Part shown: positions 61,183 through 64,000 of the stretch, piece by piece
Layout of the letters: every line of letters begins with the position of its first letter
Numbering within the stretch: position 1 is the first letter of the stretch
IMG/VR virus record: IMGVR_UViG_2623620540_000004
Location: 1,159-65,158 of that record
Source of the DNA: a virus
Lineage: Duplodnaviria; Caudoviricetes
DNA length: 64,000 bases
Strand: one strand, 5' to 3'
Notes under the pieces: generated by a model
Told to the model about the DNA's origin: nothing
What the model saw: the letters and a program-made list of their open reading frames with translations, nothing else
Database searches by the model: none
Made by a program: the position numbers and the translations under genes

Positions 61183-62366
61183 ACGACGACATCAAACAAA
61201 CGCCGGTGCCAGCGGTTCCCGCGCAAACGGGAATGCAGTCTCTCGGCTGGGATGCCGTGAATTCTGCTGCGAATACGGCAAATAACAATTTCGGGCAGTG
61301 GATGCCCGAACGCTGGCTGCAAGAATTCGTCAAGGCATATAACGCATCTATCCCTGCCCAGCCAGTGCAGCAGCCTGCGGCAGTGGCTGCGGACCTCGCG
61401 GCGTTCAACGCTTATTTCTGCAACACGCTTTCATGCGATGGAGTGGAAACCGAGCAGCAAGTCGAGGACTGCCGCGTTGCCGCTTACGACGCTTGGTGCG
61501 AAGCTACGCGCCGAGCCGACGCCCGCGCAGCTCTCGCCGCCCCGGGCGCTGCGCCAGTTGCGGGGCAAGAGCCGTTTGGTTACATGACGAAAAGCTCAAT
61601 TGCAAGCATTTCTTCAATGCCTTCTGACTTCGCAACTTTCCGCAACGTCATGGTACGCAATACCCCTGTGAAGAGCTGCTCGACTGGAATTTATCTCGCC
61701 CATGTTCCTGCCGCCAGCGTGCAGCCTGCCACGATAACGCTCGACGGTCACCAGTTGCGTATGGCGCTGGACTTCATCAACCCGGACGGTCTGGCCGACC
61801 GCGACCAACTAGACAATGATCTCACGTTCGGCGTGCGCCAACACCGGGACGATGACGGCAAGGTGAGCACCGGCATGTGCTGCTGGAACGACGATACGGA
61901 CGGCGTGCTGCCGCTGGATGGCGAGTATGAGGGCCACGCCGCCGTGCAGCCGGATAGCGTGAGCGATGCGGCGCTGCTCTCGGCCATTCGCAACGGCGTG
62001 CCGCTGGAAGAGCCTGTATCCATAGCCAAGGCCATGATGGCGCAAGTGAAGGCGAGTACGTGTCTAGACAAGGGTCTCGGCCCGCTTGCAATGGTCCAGT
62101 TGGTGAATATCCAGGTGCAGCCATTGACGCATACGAAAGAGACCGCGACCACCTACGCGGACGGCTTCAATCGCGGCGTGGAGTGGCTGCGGTCTTCGAT
62201 CATCGAATACGCCGACAAACTTGCCCCCGTCAACGTCGCGCAGGTGGGGGAATTGATCGGCCTGATTGAGCGCACCGTCGAGCGACTGAATCGCGCCCAA
62301 ATCTTCCCGTTGGCGTCCGAATGGAACGCCATTCTCGCCGCTGCAAAGAAAGGCCCGACGACGTGA
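61179..62366 (+). CDS. Hypothetical mosaic phage protein
   Basis: 395-aa ORF, GGAG RBS, coupled. Confidence 0.6.
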   Translation: MNDDIKQTPVPAVPAQTGMQSLGWDAVNSAANTANNNFGQWMPERWLQEFVKAYNASIPAQPVQQPAAVAADLAAFNAYFCNTLSCDGVETEQQVEDCRVAAYDAWCEATRRADARAALAAPGAAPVAGQEPFGYMTKSSIASISSMPSDFATFRNVMVRNTPVKSCSTGIYLAHVPAASVQPATITLDGHQLRMALDFINPDGLADRDQLDNDLTFGVRQHRDDDGKVSTGMCCWNDDTDGVLPLDGEYEGHAAVQPDSVSDAALLSAIRNGVPLEEPVSIAKAMMAQVKASTCLDKGLGPLAMVQLVNIQVQPLTHTKETATTYADGFNRGVEWLRSSIIEYADKLAPVNVAQVGELIGLIERTVERLNRAQIFPLASEWNAILAAAKKGPTT

Positions 62367-62644
62367 AGGCTAAAGACCTCCCCACACAACGTCACCTGCC
62401 CCAAGGCGAAGTCTTGCTGGAAAGCGGAGTCCCGATCCCAGCCCGTCGCCAGCGCACTGCCATGACCAAGCTTAAGGAAGTTGCAGCGGACATGGCGGTC
62501 GGAGATTCCATCCTGGTGTCATCGGAGGAAGTCGTCGGCGGTGTCACCACGATCCTGGAGCAGAAATTCGGCGGGAAGTATTCCAGGAAAACCTACAAGA
62601 CCGGGCCGGAGCGTGGCTTCACCCGTATCTGGCGACTTGGGTAG
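62363..62644 (+). CDS. Small hypothetical protein
   Basis: IESGVPIP-like motif, M.VGDS, C-terminal R.WRL. Confidence 0.6.
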   Translation: MKAKDLPTQRHLPQGEVLLESGVPIPARRQRTAMTKLKEVAADMAVGDSILVSSEEVVGGVTTILEQKFGGKYSRKTYKTGPERGFTRIWRLG

Positions 62645-62664
62645 CAACCAACAAGGAGTACAAC

Positions 62665-62766
62665 ATGCGCATCACCCCCGAGCAGATCATGGCCTACGAC
62701 CAGCACTGCACCCGCGAACAGGCCGAGCGCCTGGCGCGGCAGATCAATCAGGAGACGCCACCGTGA
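62665..62766 (+). CDS. Short hypothetical peptide
   Basis: 33 aa after AAGGAG RBS; stop overlaps next GTG. Confidence 0.4.
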   Translation: MRITPEQIMAYDQHCTREQAERLARQINQETPP

Positions 62767-63101
62767 AATTCGACGAAAACGAACTGGCCCGCATCGCCGA
62801 GCTGGTGGCGAGCAAAAACAAAAGCCCGATGGGCGAGTTGAACCGGCAACAAATTTGCACCGCCCTGGGCGTTAGTGAATCGACGATCCGGCGGCTCGAG
62901 CAGCAGGGAATGCCGTACACGCCGGTCGGCGTGCGCTCGAAGCGCTACGACCTGGCAGAATGCAAGCAGTGGTTAAAGGACAATCAAGTATGTCAATCTG
63001 GAAAGATAAAAAGGGCAAGCTCCACGTCGGAATCATGGTCGATGGCAAAAGAGTTCACCGAGAGTTGTCGGAAGGTGCAACTGCGGGTGATGCCAAGCTA
63101 G
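62763..63101 (+). CDS. xis: Excisionase-like HTH protein
   Basis: LNRQQICTALGVSESTIRRLEQQGMP...RYDLAEC..WL; directly upstream of integrase. Confidence 0.7.
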   Translation: MKFDENELARIAELVASKNKSPMGELNRQQICTALGVSESTIRRLEQQGMPYTPVGVRSKRYDLAECKQWLKDNQVCQSGKIKRASSTSESWSMAKEFTESCRKVQLRVMPS

Positions 63102-64000
63102 TCGAGGCCGAGCTGAGGGCGGCGGTGGCCCGGGCGCCGAAGGATAAGCAGGTCCGCGTGCCTGGTGATCCACCGATGGCCGCGATACTCGCGATCTTCG
63201 TGGAGCATTCGGCAGCGCTGCGCAGTGCAGACACGGCCAAGCACCATGCCAAGCGACTCGGCGCGTGGGCAGAGAAATACAAGGCCAGCCAGGCGCAAGA
63301 GTTCGCAGACCACGTCATCCGCGACATGAGCAAGCTCATACCCGATCGGAAAACCGGCAAGATGAAGCCGGCGTACGCGCCCGCCACCATCAACCGATCC
63401 CTGGCCTGCGCCAAGAAGGGTTTGCACCTGGCATGGCGCCAGCGGCTCGTTCCTGAAAATTACGGGCTGCGCATCGAGTCGGTCGCGGTGAACAACAAGC
63501 GCGAGGTGTTCCTAACCGTCGAGCAGGTGAAAAAGATAGCTTCGTTCTGCACTCCCATCGCCCAGGCGGCAATTTGGGCCGCGCTGCTGACTGGCGCAAG
63601 GCGGGGCGAATTGTTCAAGATCGAGAGCCAGCATATCGGCAGGGACGCGATCACCTTCCCTGCCAGCAATACGAAGACGCTGCGCATGAGAGTAATACCG
63701 ATCATCCCGGCGCTGCGGCCATGGTTGAAATATTTTCCGTTGGAAATGACGCTGTACGGTGTGCAGTCGTCGTGGCGCCGGGCGCGCGTGAAAGCGGGCA
63801 TGCCGCATGTGAACTTCCACGATCTGCGCCACTCTTGCGCTAGCATCATGCTGGGCCTGGGCGTGGACCTGTACACAATCAGCAAGATCCTCGGCCACGC
63901 CAACGTGCAGACCACCCAGCGCTATGCCCACCTGCAGGTCGATGCGCAGCGCCTGGCGCTGGATAAGCTGTCGCAATTGGTGGCGGTTTCACGCAAGTAA
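62990..64000 (+). CDS. int: Tyrosine integrase
   Basis: LLTGARRGE, FHDLRHS, ILGHANVQTTQRYAH catalytic motifs; TAA at 63998-64000. Confidence 0.96.
   Translation: MSIWKDKKGKLHVGIMVDGKRVHRELSEGATAGDAKLVEAELRAAVARAPKDKQVRVPGDPPMAAILAIFVEHSAALRSADTAKHHAKRLGAWAEKYKASQAQEFADHVIRDMSKLIPDRKTGKMKPAYAPATINRSLACAKKGLHLAWRQRLVPENYGLRIESVAVNNKREVFLTVEQVKKIASFCTPIAQAAIWAALLTGARRGELFKIESQHIGRDAITFPASNTKTLRMRVIPIIPALRPWLKYFPLEMTLYGVQSSWRRARVKAGMPHVNFHDLRHSCASIMLGLGVDLYTISKILGHANVQTTQRYAHLQVDAQRLALDKLSQLVAVSRK

Larger units (their letters stand above)
1..64000. mobile_element. Temperate siphophage prophage (lambdoid organisation), near complete; att sites not visible in window
   Basis: Contiguous lysis, tail, head, terminase, replication, cro/cI, recombination and integrase modules in lambdoid order. 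Confidence 0.97.

Noticed and set aside
63990-64000. attL/attR site
   Set aside because: Window ends at the integrase stop codon; no att core can be identified

Overview
The whole window is one GC-rich temperate siphophage (lambdoid-type) prophage. A Burkholderiales/Oxalobacteraceae-like host is my inference only. Left to right: lysis cassette (two spanins, GH19 endolysin, two membrane proteins); tail module (SGNH-esterase tail spike, tape measure, frameshifted assembly chaperone, tail tube); head module (P22-coat-like capsid, scaffold, MuF/gp7 protein, portal, terminase); a cargo zone (including an intact CHASE3 chemoreceptor); Q-like antiterminator; replication/nin/DNA-methylation genes; a cro-cI switch with four clear operators; a three-gene cassette behind cI; and the PL operon with RecT/YqaJ/NinB/RdgC, xis and a tyrosine integrase whose stop codon is the last base of the window. 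Late and PR genes are on the minus strand; cI and the PL operon are on the plus strand. The most unusual observations are a signal-peptide-like N-terminal extension on the capsid protein next to a membrane M48-like peptidase with no standard prohead protease; a 793-aa polysaccharide-deacetylase protein in the head module; a kissing-loop RNA with a competing 21-bp hairpin in the PL operon; GGAN-tetraloop hairpins before the scaffold and capsid genes; two paralogous antisense membrane morons; and a prophage-borne MCP. All family assignments are by eye from motifs and synteny; no database search was run.
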